Assembly (NCBI GenBank): GCA_963612735.1
Contig: CAVDWX010000010.1
Span: forward strand, 10,387-74,386
Direction: 5' to 3'
Source: Gemmiger formicilis
GTDB taxonomy: Bacteria > Bacillota_I > Bacilli_A > RFN20 > CAG-826
DNA: 64,000 nucleotides
In this document: positions 19,565 through 30,750 of the stretch, piece by piece
How positions within the stretch are numbered: position 1 is the stretch's first letter
Layout: each line of letters begins with the position of its first letter
The notes under the pieces: generated by a model
What the model was told of the DNA's origin: nothing
Database searches by the model: none
Seen by the model: the letters and a program-made list of their open reading frames with translations, nothing else
Program-made: the position numbers and the translations under genes

Positions 19565-22500
19565 ATGTTAAAAGTGTATAATATTTTTGCTATGGATATC
19601 GTGTTTAAAAAAGATAAAAATCTTCATTCTAAAAAAAGAGGATTCAAATGCCCTAATTTCTTAATCAATAAGGATGGTTATTTTTATTATTTTGTTATTA
19701 GTTTAGTAATTGGAACCCTCTTCTTTTTAGTGATGTTAATCAATAATAATTTTACCCTTTCATATAGTGGCGATTATGCTAGTCAATATATTCCAATGTT
19801 TTATCATAACTGGGATGTTTATCATGAGTTTTTAAAGACTGGCTATTTTCGTTTATTTGATGATGCTGTTTATTTTGGTGCCTCAACTTTAGGGAGCGAT
19901 ACATATTACGGTTTATTTTCCCCCTTTAATTTAATCTTAATTTTATTTCCACGTAACTGGGTGCCTCAGATATCAGCAATTATTTCTATTTTAAAATGTG
20001 CATTTGGATCTTTATTTTTTGCAATTTACCTTCAAAAGTCATTTAAATTAAAGAAATTTGCCTCTCAATTGGGTGGTATTGCTTATGCTTTTTCAGGGTG
20101 GATGGCATTTTATTTATGGTATGGGAATTATCTCGATATGATCGTTTTCTTCCCGCTTGTTTTACTTGGAATAGAACTTGTTTTACAAGAAAAGAAACCA
20201 TGGATTTTAGCTATTGGAGTATTCTTTTTATCGGTTTGTAATTATGTATTAATGACTTCACTTTTATTATGTGCTTTTTTATATGCCATGTTTCGTTATT
20301 TCCAGTTAATAAAAACATATGGAAGCACTAAAAACGCTTTTATTATTCTTGGTTTAGGAGTAGCGGGAGCTCTCACTGGCTTATTTTTATCTTCTGTTAT
20401 TGTTGTTCCTGCGATAATGAATACATTGACCTCTCCTAAATTAGGCACTAATACATATGTAGATAAGTTAAAACATGCACTAGCTAATAAAGATTATCTA
20501 TTATTTTTTAGATGTATTTTTTCTTGGAAATATGCACCTGATCAACACGGCAATATCTATCCTTGGAGATGGGCTTTACCGATTATTGATTTCTTCTTTC
20601 CAACGGTGAGTGATCGAAATGCAGCGACTATAGAATCTTATAGCTGGGACTTTGATGATAATGCTTGTTCATTATGGATGTATTCGCCTTTTATTATGTT
20701 TTTTGTTCCTTCTTTAATTGAAGATATTAAGAATAAGAAGTATTCAGTAATTATTCCTGTTATATTCTTTATTTTTGCTTTATTTACACCTTTTATGTAT
20801 CTATTCTTTTCTTTATTTACTTCAGCCTACGCAAGATGGTCATTATTTGTTTGTACTTCCTTTATTGCTTATGTTGCTATTTATATTAATAAACTACCAA
20901 ACGTTAAAAAGAAATATATTCATTTTGGTTATCTTTTCTATTTAGTGGGCATTACGTTAACTGCCATTTTGACATTTATATTAGTGAAAAAATATGGTTC
21001 TTATCCACTTCCTGATAATGCTTCGCAATCACTCCATTTTAGATTTGCTTATTATACCGCGACTCACTTAGATAAGAATTTTACGATTATTGCCTTTATT
21101 ATTGAGATAGTTTTAGCGACGATTTATTACTTATTAATTATGTTCCTCTATAATAAGAAGATTTTTAAATCGCTTTTGTTTTCTATTCTTTCGATTGAAG
21201 TTTTCGCGGTAGGGACATTTGTCACTTTTGGACATGGTTACACAACAACTTATAATAATGGTTTTAGCGAAAATCATGAATTAGCTAATGTCATTAAAAA
21301 TATTAAAAATAGCGATAATGATTCATATCGCATATATACTTCTTATAACGATGGTTGGTCTGATAATAATGGCTTGATGAATGATTATGGTGGTACTTCA
21401 TTTTTCCACTCTTTATACAATTTTAATACCCGTAATTTTATAGTTTGGACGGGGTTAGGAACCAACACTAATAAAAAAGCTGTGGCTCAATCTTATCGTG
21501 CGAAAAATCAAGAGATGGAAGATTTATTAGGAGTTAAATATTACGTCTTAGAAAAAGACCGAATTGAATATTATGACGACCAATCTATATTACCTATGAA
21601 TAGCGATATTTATACATTATTTAATAATGAAGATGAATATCAATATAATGTTCCACTTCATTATCAATTAGATAATAGCAAATCCACTGATAGATTCTTA
21701 GTTTTTAAAAATACATCATTTGCTTCTATTGGTGTTGGATATGATTCTTATTACCCCGTTAATTCTAAAGATGATGAAACTATTAGTGACCATCCTATTT
21801 ATAGTGATACAATGCGCTATGTCCGCTTATCTTCCTTAATGAAAAAAACTCTTTTTGTCGATTATAAAAGTGAAGAATTTATTACCGAAAATTCGTCAAT
21901 CAGCAAATTTAATAAAAGCACAGGCTCAGTTATTGATTTAAATTATATGAATTTAAAATACGAATATTGCTTAGTTCCTGATGGATATAGCGCTATTAAT
22001 TATCCACTTGATAAAGCGGTCAAACTTTTAAATGAAACTAAAAGCGATGATATAGTTTCTAATATTCCTGCTTTTAAAGGGAATAAATATATTGGATTTA
22101 TATCGATGAAGAGTGGGACTAATTTCCCTGAAGATGAAAATGGATTATCTTTATATATCTCAATTTCAATGACTGATTCGAGAAAATATCGTTTTTATTT
22201 CGTCGACGAAAATGACAAGATCTTCATGTTTGATAATCATGATGACTATCATACGGCAACAAGTACTGGATTAAGAGGATTCTATTTAAAAAATACATCA
22301 TCTCATAAACTGAAGACTATTATGATTGTTGGGCGTTATCCAAATAGCACTGAAAGGCCGTCTATTTATTATCAAAATGGGACTGATTATGAAAATGATT
22401 ATAAGGCATATACGCAATATGCTTTAGGTAATACTTCCTATAAACAGGATTATATAACTTTCACTTCTGATTATGATTCTACAAAACTAGTGAGTACGCG

Positions 22501-22768
22501 TTTACCTTATGATAAAGGATGGCTCTTATACGCTAAAAAAGATGGAGAAAAGAAATATCATAAATTAGATACATTTAATGGTAATGGTGGCTTTACTTCC
22601 TTTATTGCTAAAGAAGGTAATTATTCTTACATTCTTAAATATGAACCACCTTACATAAATATCGGCAGTCTATTGTCGGGATTAGGAATTGTGACTTTCT
22701 TTACTTCTCTAATTGGATATCAATATATCGTTGAAGATAAATTTTACAAGATTTGGTATAAGATTTAA
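19565..22768 (+). CDS. yfhO: YfhO-family polytopic membrane protein (putative glycosyltransferase), 1067 aa.
   Basis: N-terminal multi-TM region with characteristic YfhO motifs (SGDYASQYIPMFYHNW, DTYYGLFSPFN) and a large extracellular C-terminal domain. Confidence 0.8.
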   Translation: MLKVYNIFAMDIVFKKDKNLHSKKRGFKCPNFLINKDGYFYYFVISLVIGTLFFLVMLINNNFTLSYSGDYASQYIPMFYHNWDVYHEFLKTGYFRLFDDAVYFGASTLGSDTYYGLFSPFNLILILFPRNWVPQISAIISILKCAFGSLFFAIYLQKSFKLKKFASQLGGIAYAFSGWMAFYLWYGNYLDMIVFFPLVLLGIELVLQEKKPWILAIGVFFLSVCNYVLMTSLLLCAFLYAMFRYFQLIKTYGSTKNAFIILGLGVAGALTGLFLSSVIVVPAIMNTLTSPKLGTNTYVDKLKHALANKDYLLFFRCIFSWKYAPDQHGNIYPWRWALPIIDFFFPTVSDRNAATIESYSWDFDDNACSLWMYSPFIMFFVPSLIEDIKNKKYSVIIPVIFFIFALFTPFMYLFFSLFTSAYARWSLFVCTSFIAYVAIYINKLPNVKKKYIHFGYLFYLVGITLTAILTFILVKKYGSYPLPDNASQSLHFRFAYYTATHLDKNFTIIAFIIEIVLATIYYLLIMFLYNKKIFKSLLFSILSIEVFAVGTFVTFGHGYTTTYNNGFSENHELANVIKNIKNSDNDSYRIYTSYNDGWSDNNGLMNDYGGTSFFHSLYNFNTRNFIVWTGLGTNTNKKAVAQSYRAKNQEMEDLLGVKYYVLEKDRIEYYDDQSILPMNSDIYTLFNNEDEYQYNVPLHYQLDNSKSTDRFLVFKNTSFASIGVGYDSYYPVNSKDDETISDHPIYSDTMRYVRLSSLMKKTLFVDYKSEEFITENSSISKFNKSTGSVIDLNYMNLKYEYCLVPDGYSAINYPLDKAVKLLNETKSDDIVSNIPAFKGNKYIGFISMKSGTNFPEDENGLSLYISISMTDSRKYRFYFVDENDKIFMFDNHDDYHTATSTGLRGFYLKNTSSHKLKTIMIVGRYPNSTERPSIYYQNGTDYENDYKAYTQYALGNTSYKQDYITFTSDYDSTKLVSTRLPYDKGWLLYAKKDGEKKYHKLDTFNGNGGFTSFIAKEGNYSYILKYEPPYINIGSLLSGLGIVTFFTSLIGYQYIVEDKFYKIWYKI

Positions 22769-23613
22769 TCTTTTTTAATCATTAAATCTTTGATGATGTT
22801 TTTCTTAATTTTTAATAAATGAGAAAGAATTTCAGTCGCGTCTTTATTGGATATATTTTTATTTATTAAATAATCGTATTGCTCTTTTAAATTATTAAAA
22901 TCGATATCTTCTGGACTAGTATTTCCTTCGATAATTATGACCATTTCTCCTTTTAAAGAAGTTGGATCTAGTTCTATAAATTCACTGAGTTGACCGCGAA
23001 TAAATTCTTCATTAATTTTAGTAAGTTCCCTTCCAATTACCGCTTTTCGATCTCCTAAAACACTTAATATCGTTTTTAAGGTCTCTATTATGCGATGTGG
23101 GCTCTCATAGAAAATTAAGGTATTTTTATAAGCCTTAAGTGAATTGAGGGCTTCTAGGGCTTCATTTTGCTTTATTGGTAAAAACCCGTAATAGGTGAAA
23201 TGAGTGGTATCGAGCCCAGAAGAGACTAATGCATTGATAAAAGCGGAGCTCCCTGAGACGCATGAGACGTTAATATCATTAGCTAAACATGTCTTTACTA
23301 AAATATATCCCGGATCACTAATAGCGGGATATCCAGCATCGGACATATAGGCTACTTTCTTACCATTTTTAATTTGATTTATTAAATATAATGAAGCCTC
23401 TTTTTCATTATGTTCGCGTAAAGAAAACATCTCTTTATGAATTGAAAAATTAGCGAGCAATTGTTTAGAATTTCTCGTATCTTCCGCGGCAATGATATCG
23501 CTATTATTAATAATGTTAATTGCTCGAGGAGAAAATTCTTCTAAATTACCGATAGGAGTGGCGATTAGATAGAGTAAATTCTCATGGTTGGTATAACTTT
23601 TATTTCTCTTCAT
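22765..23613 (-). CDS. rsmI: 16S rRNA (cytidine1402-2'-O)-methyltransferase
   Basis: LYLIATPIGNLEEFSPRAINIINNSDIIAAEDTRNSKQLL; tetrapyrrole-methylase fold; conserved position next to ricT-holB-tmk. Confidence 0.9.
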   Translation of the reverse strand: MKRNKSYTNHENLLYLIATPIGNLEEFSPRAINIINNSDIIAAEDTRNSKQLLANFSIHKEMFSLREHNEKEASLYLINQIKNGKKVAYMSDAGYPAISDPGYILVKTCLANDINVSCVSGSSAFINALVSSGLDTTHFTYYGFLPIKQNEALEALNSLKAYKNTLIFYESPHRIIETLKTILSVLGDRKAVIGRELTKINEEFIRGQLSEFIELDPTSLKGEMVIIIEGNTSPEDIDFNNLKEQYDYLINKNISNKDATEILSHLLKIKKNIIKDLMIKKD

Positions 23614-24472
23614 TATCTTTCTTTTTGATTTTGTAACCTGTTAATTTGATAAAGTCTTCGTAACTTAAAATTTTAACATCATCTTCATTTTCAACTTTAA
23701 TAACCGCGGAGATGATATTGATGTTAGTAACAGTATATTGTTTCTTTTCAATAAAGACTTTATATCCTAAATCAGGGTATTTTTTCTTTAAGTCAGTATA
23801 GGTATCATCTTCATATTTTAAGCAGCACATCAGTTTACCGCAGTGACCGCTTAATTTAGGAATATTGATGGCTAACATTTGATTTTTAGCCCTCACAATA
23901 GAGATGCCATCGAATTCATTTAAAAATGTAGAACAGCAAAGTGGCAAACCACATATTCCTAGTCCACCTATCATTTTTGATTTATCACGAGTTCCGATTT
24001 GACGAAGTTCAATACGAGTATGAAGTTTAGAAGCTAAAGCTTTTAATAATTCTCTAAAATCAACGCGTTCATCGGCGAGATAAGTGAATAAAACTTTAGT
24101 TCGATCTAATGTATATTCGCACGATATTAAATTCATATTTAAACCAAGCCGATTTATCTCTTCTTGGCATATTTCCTTAGCAGAAACGGCATCTTTTGCA
24201 TTATTTTCATTATTTTTGATGTCTTCTTCACTAGCTTTCCTAATGATTGGTTTAAGACTCAATTCATCTTTATATTCACTCATTGGAATAGGGGATGAAC
24301 TAACTTCACCAAGAACTAGACCTCTGACATTTTCAATGACGACTTTATCCCCATTTTGTAAATCTAAGTCTTTGACTCCAAAATAATATGTTCTTACACT
24401 TGAGTCAAATTTGATTCTCACAAAATGGGTGTAAGATGAATTATCGATATTTTCTTTTTCAACTATTTCCAT
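23600..24472 (-). CDS. ricT: PSP1-domain protein RicT/YaaT.
   Basis: PSP1 C-terminal domain with the conserved cysteine cluster (GICGLPLCCSTF..CGKLMCC); synteny with holB and tmk as in Bacillus. Confidence 0.85.
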   Translation of the reverse strand: MEIVEKENIDNSSYTHFVRIKFDSSVRTYYFGVKDLDLQNGDKVVIENVRGLVLGEVSSSPIPMSEYKDELSLKPIIRKASEEDIKNNENNAKDAVSAKEICQEEINRLGLNMNLISCEYTLDRTKVLFTYLADERVDFRELLKALASKLHTRIELRQIGTRDKSKMIGGLGICGLPLCCSTFLNEFDGISIVRAKNQMLAINIPKLSGHCGKLMCCLKYEDDTYTDLKKKYPDLGYKVFIEKKQYTVTNINIISAVIKVENEDDVKILSYEDFIKLTGYKIKKKDNEEK

Positions 24473-24475
24473 GGT

Positions 24476-25468
24476 TTATTCCTTTACTATATAAAATATA
24501 AGGTGATCTAAGAGTAATGACATATTGACATTAGTGTTGATTAGATTCCTTTGCTTTAATATTTCCACAAGTGAGTCTTCAATGTGTGGTAGCTTTTTTA
24601 CCAGCGGCTCAAGTATTGTATCATAACTTTTAAGAATAATTTCTTTTTGATATTTAATAGAAAGCATATCTTCAAAAAATAAAACGAGTAGATCTAAAAA
24701 GAATCTCAGCGTTTCTTTAGTCTTAATTTCAGGAATGATTTTACTTTGAAAATAAAAGATGGCTTGCTTTCTAGTAGCATTGATTAATGTATCAAATAAA
24801 TCTGAAATTAGTCCTTTAGCCTTATAATAAAAACTATTTTCATTCTTATTATTAACGAATTCATATATCAATTCAGCGTCATTATAAAAATAAGATAATA
24901 ATTCCGAATCTTGTTCGTTAACACCTAAATTTATCGCGTCAATGATGATTTCTTTTCTATCGATTTGTTTTAAATGTAAGATTTGACATCTTGAAACAAT
25001 GGTGGGCAAAACATTATTTTCGTTATTCGTTGTTAAAAATGCATATATTTGATTTTGAGGTTCTTCTAAAAATTTTAAAATGCTATTTACCGCTTCTACT
25101 GTCATATTTTCGACAAGATGAAGGATATAAATCATTATGCCTTTACTTTCAAATGCTTTCTTTTCAAATTGGGTTTCAATTTGATTTACTGCGTCTTTTT
25201 TAATCATTCCTTTACTGCCATCAAAGACGATGAAATCGGGATAATTATTATCATCGACCCTTAAACAAGTAATGCAAGTATTGCACGCGAGTGGATTTCT
25301 TTCATCGCACAATATTGATTTCGCTAAAAAATGAGCTACTTCGTATAGCGGGGTTCCAGGATTACCAACGAGCAAATAAGCATGACAGAGATGATTATTT
25401 TTTAAAGCATTAGTAAAAGTTTTATAAATAATCGGTTGATGATTTTGTAAATATTTTTCTACTTGCAT
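24476..25468 (-). CDS. holB: DNA polymerase III subunit delta'
   Basis: AAA+ clamp-loader fold with zinc module: [11 protein letters not shown]...[15 protein letters not shown]. Confidence 0.88.
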   Translation of the reverse strand: MQVEKYLQNHQPIIYKTFTNALKNNHLCHAYLLVGNPGTPLYEVAHFLAKSILCDERNPLACNTCITCLRVDDNNYPDFIVFDGSKGMIKKDAVNQIETQFEKKAFESKGIMIYILHLVENMTVEAVNSILKFLEEPQNQIYAFLTTNNENNVLPTIVSRCQILHLKQIDRKEIIIDAINLGVNEQDSELLSYFYNDAELIYEFVNNKNENSFYYKAKGLISDLFDTLINATRKQAIFYFQSKIIPEIKTKETLRFFLDLLVLFFEDMLSIKYQKEIILKSYDTILEPLVKKLPHIEDSLVEILKQRNLINTNVNMSLLLDHLIFYIVKE

Positions 25469-26079
25469 AGTCTATTTAATATTGCATTCATGCTATCTTT
25501 TGCGACTTCTTCTTTAGATTTACTAGCATCGATTATGACATATCTTTCTGGATATCTTTTAGCTAAGAGGAGAAATGTATCTCTTACTTTTTTATGAAAT
25601 TCTAATTTTTCTAAATCTAAACGATTCACTTCTCGATTTGCGTTCGCGGCGATTCTTTTTAATCCAATTTCAGGATCAATATCAAACAATAAAGTTAAAT
25701 CAGGCCAGGTATTTTCAGTGGCAAATAAATTGATGTTTAACACTTCCTCTATTCCTAAACCTCTAGCTCCACCTTGATAGGCAAGAGAAGAATCTAAATA
25801 ACGGTCACATATGACAATTTTGCCTTTTTTTAAAGCGGGCCAGACTTTCTCCACTAAGTGTTGCCTTCTAGAAGCGGCATATAATAAAGCTTCTGTTCTT
25901 GGATCCATATTAGTATTCTTTTTATCGAGGATGACATTTCTTATTTCTTCTGATATCGGTGTGCCACCAGGCTCTCTAGTTCTCACAATTTGATAGCCTA
26001 ATTCTTTTAATTTAGCAACTGCTTCTTCTACCGCAGTAGTTTTTCCTGAACCTTCTGGTCCTTCAAGTGTGATAAACAT
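25459..26079 (-). CDS. tmk: Thymidylate kinase
   Basis: [16 protein letters not shown]-loop, DRY motif ([15 protein letters not shown]); 206 aa. Confidence 0.93.
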   Translation of the reverse strand: MFITLEGPEGSGKTTAVEEAVAKLKELGYQIVRTREPGGTPISEEIRNVILDKKNTNMDPRTEALLYAASRRQHLVEKVWPALKKGKIVICDRYLDSSLAYQGGARGLGIEEVLNINLFATENTWPDLTLLFDIDPEIGLKRIAANANREVNRLDLEKLEFHKKVRDTFLLLAKRYPERYVIIDASKSKEEVAKDSMNAILNRLCK

Positions 26080-26092
26080 ATATTAAGCCCTC

Positions 26093-26689
26093 CTAAATAT
26101 TTCTTCTGCCTTCCAATGCTTTAACTAAAGTTAATTCATCAGTGTAATCTAAATTTCCACCCATTTGTAAGCCATACGCAAGACGAGTAATTTTTATATT
26201 ATATTTTTCTAATAATTTAGCGAGATATAAGGCTGTAGTTTCTCCATCTAATGTTGGATTTGTGGCTAAGATAATTTCCTTTATATCGCCTTGCTCCACT
26301 CTTTTGAGCAAAGATGAGATATTTAAATCTTTAATATCTTTCCCTTTTGATATCGATATCTCTCCGTTTAAAACATGATATAAGCCTTTATAACCATGAG
26401 AATTTTCAATAGAGATGACATCTTTTGGATAAGAGACGACAAGAATAGTATCTTTTTCTCTAGACTCATCTAAACAAATTTCACATTTATCATCTTCGGT
26501 TAGTGAGCCGCAGATCGTACAAAAATGAATGTTATCTTTAATTTCTTTTATTGCCAAAATAAAATCATCTAAATCATCTTTAGACATATTTAACATAGCG
26601 TAGGCCATTCTTTCGGCACTGCGCTTTCCTATGCCGGGTAATTTAGATAGTGCTTCAATGAGATGATCTAATGATTTTAAGTTTTTCAC
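26093..26689 (-). CDS. recR: Recombination protein RecR
   Basis: HhH motif LPGIGKRSAERMAY, C4 zinc finger CTICGSLTEDDKCEIC, Toprim domain. Confidence 0.93.
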   Translation of the reverse strand: MKNLKSLDHLIEALSKLPGIGKRSAERMAYAMLNMSKDDLDDFILAIKEIKDNIHFCTICGSLTEDDKCEICLDESREKDTILVVSYPKDVISIENSHGYKGLYHVLNGEISISKGKDIKDLNISSLLKRVEQGDIKEIILATNPTLDGETTALYLAKLLEKYNIKITRLAYGLQMGGNLDYTDELTLVKALEGRRNI

Positions 26690-26991
26690 TAGAAGCCGAA
26701 CCCTCCAGTTTGCCCAGTTATTTTAGAATTGATTTCTTCTTCTGCTTTTTCTATTTCCTTAAGTAATTCATTGATAGTGAGGGTTAACATATCTTGAATA
26801 TCTTCTTTAAAATCAGGTGTGAAAGCATCTTCTTTGATATCGATGGAGACAATGGTTTTATCTCCTCTTATCGTCACAGTTACCGCTCCACCTTTAGATA
26901 AAGTGAATTCTTTTTTAGCTAATTCATCTTTAGCTTTCTTTAATTCTCTTTGCATTCTTTGGGCTTGCATCATTAGTTGTTGCATGTTCAT
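26689..26991 (-). CDS. ybaB: Nucleoid-associated protein YbaB/EbfC
   Basis: 100 aa; MNMQQLMMQAQRMQRELKKAKDEL...GGFGF; located between dnaX and recR as is typical. Confidence 0.9.
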   Translation of the reverse strand: MNMQQLMMQAQRMQRELKKAKDELAKKEFTLSKGGAVTVTIRGDKTIVSIDIKEDAFTPDFKEDIQDMLTLTINELLKEIEKAEEEINSKITGQTGGFGF

Positions 26992-26995
26992 AGTA

Positions 26996-28696
26996 TTATT
27001 CTCCTAAAAATTCGATATGAATATCATTTGCTTTGGGCAATTTTCCAAGCTGTAATAAGTTCATGTATCTTTGTTGAAGTCTCACCGATTCCGCGCGAGG
27101 AACAGCGTAGACAAACATTTGCTTATTAAAGACGTTATAAATGATGTTTTGTAAAACTTGTTGGTTGTCTTTGTTATTTAACTTTTCTGCGACTTTTGGA
27201 AGTGGACATTCTACGATTAGAATCTTGTTATTGACCACGAGTGGATGGGAATCGATTAAGGATAAAGCAATTTTTCCTAGTACTGGATGAGTACTTAATT
27301 TCTTAATGTTTTTCCAATTTTCTAAGAATTCATTTTTCAGTTCTTTTTTAGAAATGACCATCACCTTAATCATCAATTCATCATCGATGGAGAAGTCTTC
27401 ATCTCTTTCAACATCTTTTGGAATAGTAAGGTCTTTTAAATATTGAACTGTTTCAATAAATGGAGGCTCATTTTCTTCAATTTTTTCAACTTTTGTTTGA
27501 TTTATAACGGGTTTTTCATTATTTTCGATATTTTTTTCTTCAATTTCTTCATTTAATAAATCGGGAGTAGGAACCACATTTATTTCTTCTACTTTTTGTA
27601 TTTTTGGAATAGAGTTCGTCTTATTTAATGAGGCTAGTTTTAATAGAGCGACTTCAAAAATAGGATTTATTGAAGTGACATTTTTATAATCTTTAACCGT
27701 TTCCATTAAGATATCGATCATCTTCAATGTGATATCTTTATCTTGGTATTTAGAAAATTCGATTACTTCGTTATCTTTTAACATTTCTAGATAATCGAAT
27801 TTATAAGTTGTTTGATAAATGAGTATATCTTTAAGGATGATTAACAAGTCATTAGTTAAGCGTTTGATATCGCTTCCTTTGGTGATATATTTATTTACTT
27901 TTTTTAATACTTCACCAGTATTGGATTGCATGATGTTTAAAAGAAGCTCTTTTTTCTCTTCTTTACTTTCTAATGAATAGACATCGAGAATATTTTTAAC
28001 GTTAAGTGTTCCACCTGAATAGGCTAAAATTTGATCTAAAATAGATAGAGCGTCTCTCATTCCTCCATCGCATAATGAAATGAGTAAATCAACCGCTTCA
28101 TCGTTGAATTCAATTCTTTCTTTATCAAGGATATATCGAATTCTTTCTTTGATATCGTGATCATTAACTTTATTAAAGTCATAACGTTGGCATCTTGATA
28201 AAATTGTTGGCAATATCTTATGAGGCTCCGTCGTGGCTAAAATAAAAACAACATGTTCTGGTGGTTCTTCTAATGTTTTTAATAAAGCATTAAACGCTCC
28301 AGGAGTCATCATATGAACTTCGTCGATGATATAGACTTTATATCTTCCTAGGATAGTTCCGTATTTAACTTTATCAATTAAATCACGTATTTCATCAACA
28401 CCATTATTACTAGCGGCATCGATTTCAAGGACATCAGGATGAGTCCCTTCATTAATAGCAATACAGTTTTTGCATTCATTGCATTGACAGCCAATACCAT
28501 GTTCGCAGTTTAAAGCCTTAGCAAATAATTTAGCCATGGATGTCTTTCCAGTACCTCGAGGCCCGGCAAATAAATATGCATGAGCGATTTTATTATTTTT
28601 TAAGGCATTTTGTAATGTTTTAACGATATGTTGCTGTCCGGCGACTTCTTCAAATGTGGAAGGTCGGTAAGTTCTATATAATGCTTTATATCCCAT
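26996..28696 (-). CDS. dnaX: DNA polymerase III subunit gamma/tau
   Basis: YRTYRPSTFEEVAGQQHIV, Walker A GPRGTGKTS, zinc module CEHGIGCQCNECKNC, SRC motif. Confidence 0.93.
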   Translation of the reverse strand: MGYKALYRTYRPSTFEEVAGQQHIVKTLQNALKNNKIAHAYLFAGPRGTGKTSMAKLFAKALNCEHGIGCQCNECKNCIAINEGTHPDVLEIDAASNNGVDEIRDLIDKVKYGTILGRYKVYIIDEVHMMTPGAFNALLKTLEEPPEHVVFILATTEPHKILPTILSRCQRYDFNKVNDHDIKERIRYILDKERIEFNDEAVDLLISLCDGGMRDALSILDQILAYSGGTLNVKNILDVYSLESKEEKKELLLNIMQSNTGEVLKKVNKYITKGSDIKRLTNDLLIILKDILIYQTTYKFDYLEMLKDNEVIEFSKYQDKDITLKMIDILMETVKDYKNVTSINPIFEVALLKLASLNKTNSIPKIQKVEEINVVPTPDLLNEEIEEKNIENNEKPVINQTKVEKIEENEPPFIETVQYLKDLTIPKDVERDEDFSIDDELMIKVMVISKKELKNEFLENWKNIKKLSTHPVLGKIALSLIDSHPLVVNNKILIVECPLPKVAEKLNNKDNQQVLQNIIYNVFNKQMFVYAVPRAESVRLQQRYMNLLQLGKLPKANDIHIEFLGE

Positions 28697-28831
28697 AATT
28701 TTTTCCTTAAAAAGATTATACTATCTAGCCCCCTTTATTCAAAGAGATAATATTAAATATTAAGGTCGATAATTCCACCTTTTTAAGATAGCAATATTAT
28801 GATAGAATACATTCGCTTATTGGAGTTAAAT

Positions 28832-29908
28832 ATGGAAGATAGTATGTATCAAAGGCTACAAACAGCCTCAAAGAGATTTGAAGAGATTGAAAACGAACTT
28901 CTCGATGAAAATATTATGAAAGATGTGGCTCATTTTCGTGAAATATCGAAAGAGCGGGCAGTCTTAGAACCTCAAGTCATAGCTTTTAAACAATATTTGA
29001 AAAATGAAGAAGATTATCAAGCTGCCTTAGAAATGTCTCATGATTCTGATCCTGAACTTGTGGAACTCGGAAAAGAAGAAATTAAAAGAATTGAAAAAGA
29101 ACAAGAAGACTTAATTGAATCCATTCGACAAATGCTCATTCCTAAAGATCCTAATGATGATAAAAACATCGTTGTTGAAATTAGAGGTGCAGCGGGTGGA
29201 GACGAAGCCAATATTTTTGCGGGCGATTTATTTAGAATGTATACAAGATACGCTGAAAGGCAAGGTTGGAAGGTTCAAATGGTGGATGAAAATCCTTCTG
29301 AAGCTGGTGGATTTTCAACTGTCTCATTTATGATAAAAGGTAAAAGCGTATATTCTAAACTTAAATATGAAAGCGGAGCACACCGCGTTCAACGCGTTCC
29401 TAAAACAGAAGCATCCGGAAGAATTCATACTTCCACTGCGACAGTACTCGTCATGCCGGAAGCGGAAGAAATTGATGTTCAAATCAATCCAAATGATTTA
29501 CAAGTCGATACTTATCATTCTCAAGGTGCAGGTGGACAAAACGTCAATAAAACTGAATCCGCAGTGAGAATTACCCATATTCCAACCGGGATTGTTGTAG
29601 CTTGTCAAACTGAAAAATCTCAAATTCAAAATCGTGAAATTGCAATGAGAATGTTAAGAGCAAAAATCTATTCAACTTTACTTGAAAAACAACAAGAAGA
29701 AATTGGCAATGAAAGAAGGCTTAAAGTTGGAACAGGTGAAAGAAGTGAAAAGATAAGAACATACAATTATCCACAAAATAGAGTTACTGATCATCGCATT
29801 AATTTCACGATTCAAAAATTAGATCGAGTCATTGAAGGCGAATTAGATGAAATCATTGAAGCACTCATTCATTTTGACCAATCTAGTAAAATAGCGGGAG
29901 AAAAATAA
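28832..29908 (+). CDS. prfA: Peptide chain release factor 1
   Basis: GGQ motif ([20 protein letters not shown]) and a PxT-type tripeptide (PKT). Start placed at ATG 28832, which has GGAG 7 nt upstream; the track ORF starts at 28799. Confidence 0.9.
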   Translation: MEDSMYQRLQTASKRFEEIENELLDENIMKDVAHFREISKERAVLEPQVIAFKQYLKNEEDYQAALEMSHDSDPELVELGKEEIKRIEKEQEDLIESIRQMLIPKDPNDDKNIVVEIRGAAGGDEANIFAGDLFRMYTRYAERQGWKVQMVDENPSEAGGFSTVSFMIKGKSVYSKLKYESGAHRVQRVPKTEASGRIHTSTATVLVMPEAEEIDVQINPNDLQVDTYHSQGAGGQNVNKTESAVRITHIPTGIVVACQTEKSQIQNREIAMRMLRAKIYSTLLEKQQEEIGNERRLKVGTGERSEKIRTYNYPQNRVTDHRINFTIQKLDRVIEGELDEIIEALIHFDQSSKIAGEK

Positions 29909-30750
29909 TGCCAACGAATAGGGAAATTTATTTTTCCCTAAAAAAAGAAAATAATAGTTACCTCAATGAAAGCGTCATTAGAATGCTTTTATGTGATATA
30001 AATGACTTTCTAGATACTGATTTATTTATGAATTTTGATAAAGAAGTATTAAACTACAACCATTTATTGAATAATATCGATAGAGTAAGACACGGAGAAC
30101 CCATACAATACGTATTAGGTTATGCTTATTTTTTAAATGAAAAATATTTTGTTAATAAAGATGTTTTAATTCCTCGACAAGAAAGTGAGCAGCTTGTCAT
30201 TGATACTTCGAAAATCATTGCAGAATTTTTTAAAAATGAGCAAAAGCTCAATATTTTAGATGTTGGAACTGGTTCAGGCATATTAGCAATTAATTTAAAA
30301 AAAAGGTTTGATTATGCCTCTATATATGGCTTAGATATTTCTAGTCTTGCCTTAAAAATAGCAAAAGAAAATAGTCGAATTCATCATGTTGATATCAATT
30401 TTTTTAACGCTGATTTATTAACCTATAATTTTGATAATTTTTATGATGTTATTATTTCTAACCCTCCATATATAAAAAGTGAAGAAACGGTTGATGAACA
30501 AGTCTTAAAATATGAACCACACCTCGCTTTATTTGCCACACCTTCAACTTTATTTTATGAATATATTTTTAAAGCATATTCAAAATTCATAGATAAAAAA
30601 TATGTGCTCGCTTTTGAAATCGGGGAAGATCAAGTTAATGATTTAACTGTTTTAATTAAGCATTATCTTCCATCAAGTAAATACGATTTTAAGAAAGATT
30701 TATATAATAAATATCGATTTCTCTATATAATAAACAACGGAGGTGCTTAA
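29908..30750 (+). CDS. prmC: Release factor glutamine N5-methyltransferase PrmC/HemK.
   Basis: NPPY motif (IISNPPYI), SAM-binding LDVGTGSGILA; start overlaps the prfA stop (TAATG). Confidence 0.88.
   Translation: MPTNREIYFSLKKENNSYLNESVIRMLLCDINDFLDTDLFMNFDKEVLNYNHLLNNIDRVRHGEPIQYVLGYAYFLNEKYFVNKDVLIPRQESEQLVIDTSKIIAEFFKNEQKLNILDVGTGSGILAINLKKRFDYASIYGLDISSLALKIAKENSRIHHVDINFFNADLLTYNFDNFYDVIISNPPYIKSEETVDEQVLKYEPHLALFATPSTLFYEYIFKAYSKFIDKKYVLAFEIGEDQVNDLTVLIKHYLPSSKYDFKKDLYNKYRFLYIINNGGA

Noticed and set aside
27527-27541. An A7 run (GAA GAA AAA AAT on the coding strand) in dnaX at about two-thirds of the ORF. This is where E. coli makes gamma by a -1 frameshift, and the -1 frame here hits a stop after 4 codons.
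   Set aside because: The heptamer is A AAA AAT, not the efficient A AAA AAG, and no downstream stem-loop is evident. A-runs are frequent in this AT-rich genome, and Firmicutes generally do not produce gamma this way. Most likely coincidental.
28697-28831. Possible SRP RNA (scr/ffs) upstream of dnaX, as found in Bacillus.
   Set aside because: The intergenic region is only about 135 nt and is shared with the prfA promoter and RBS. I could not see the conserved domain-IV helix or GNRA motif, and it is too short for a Bacillus-type scr.
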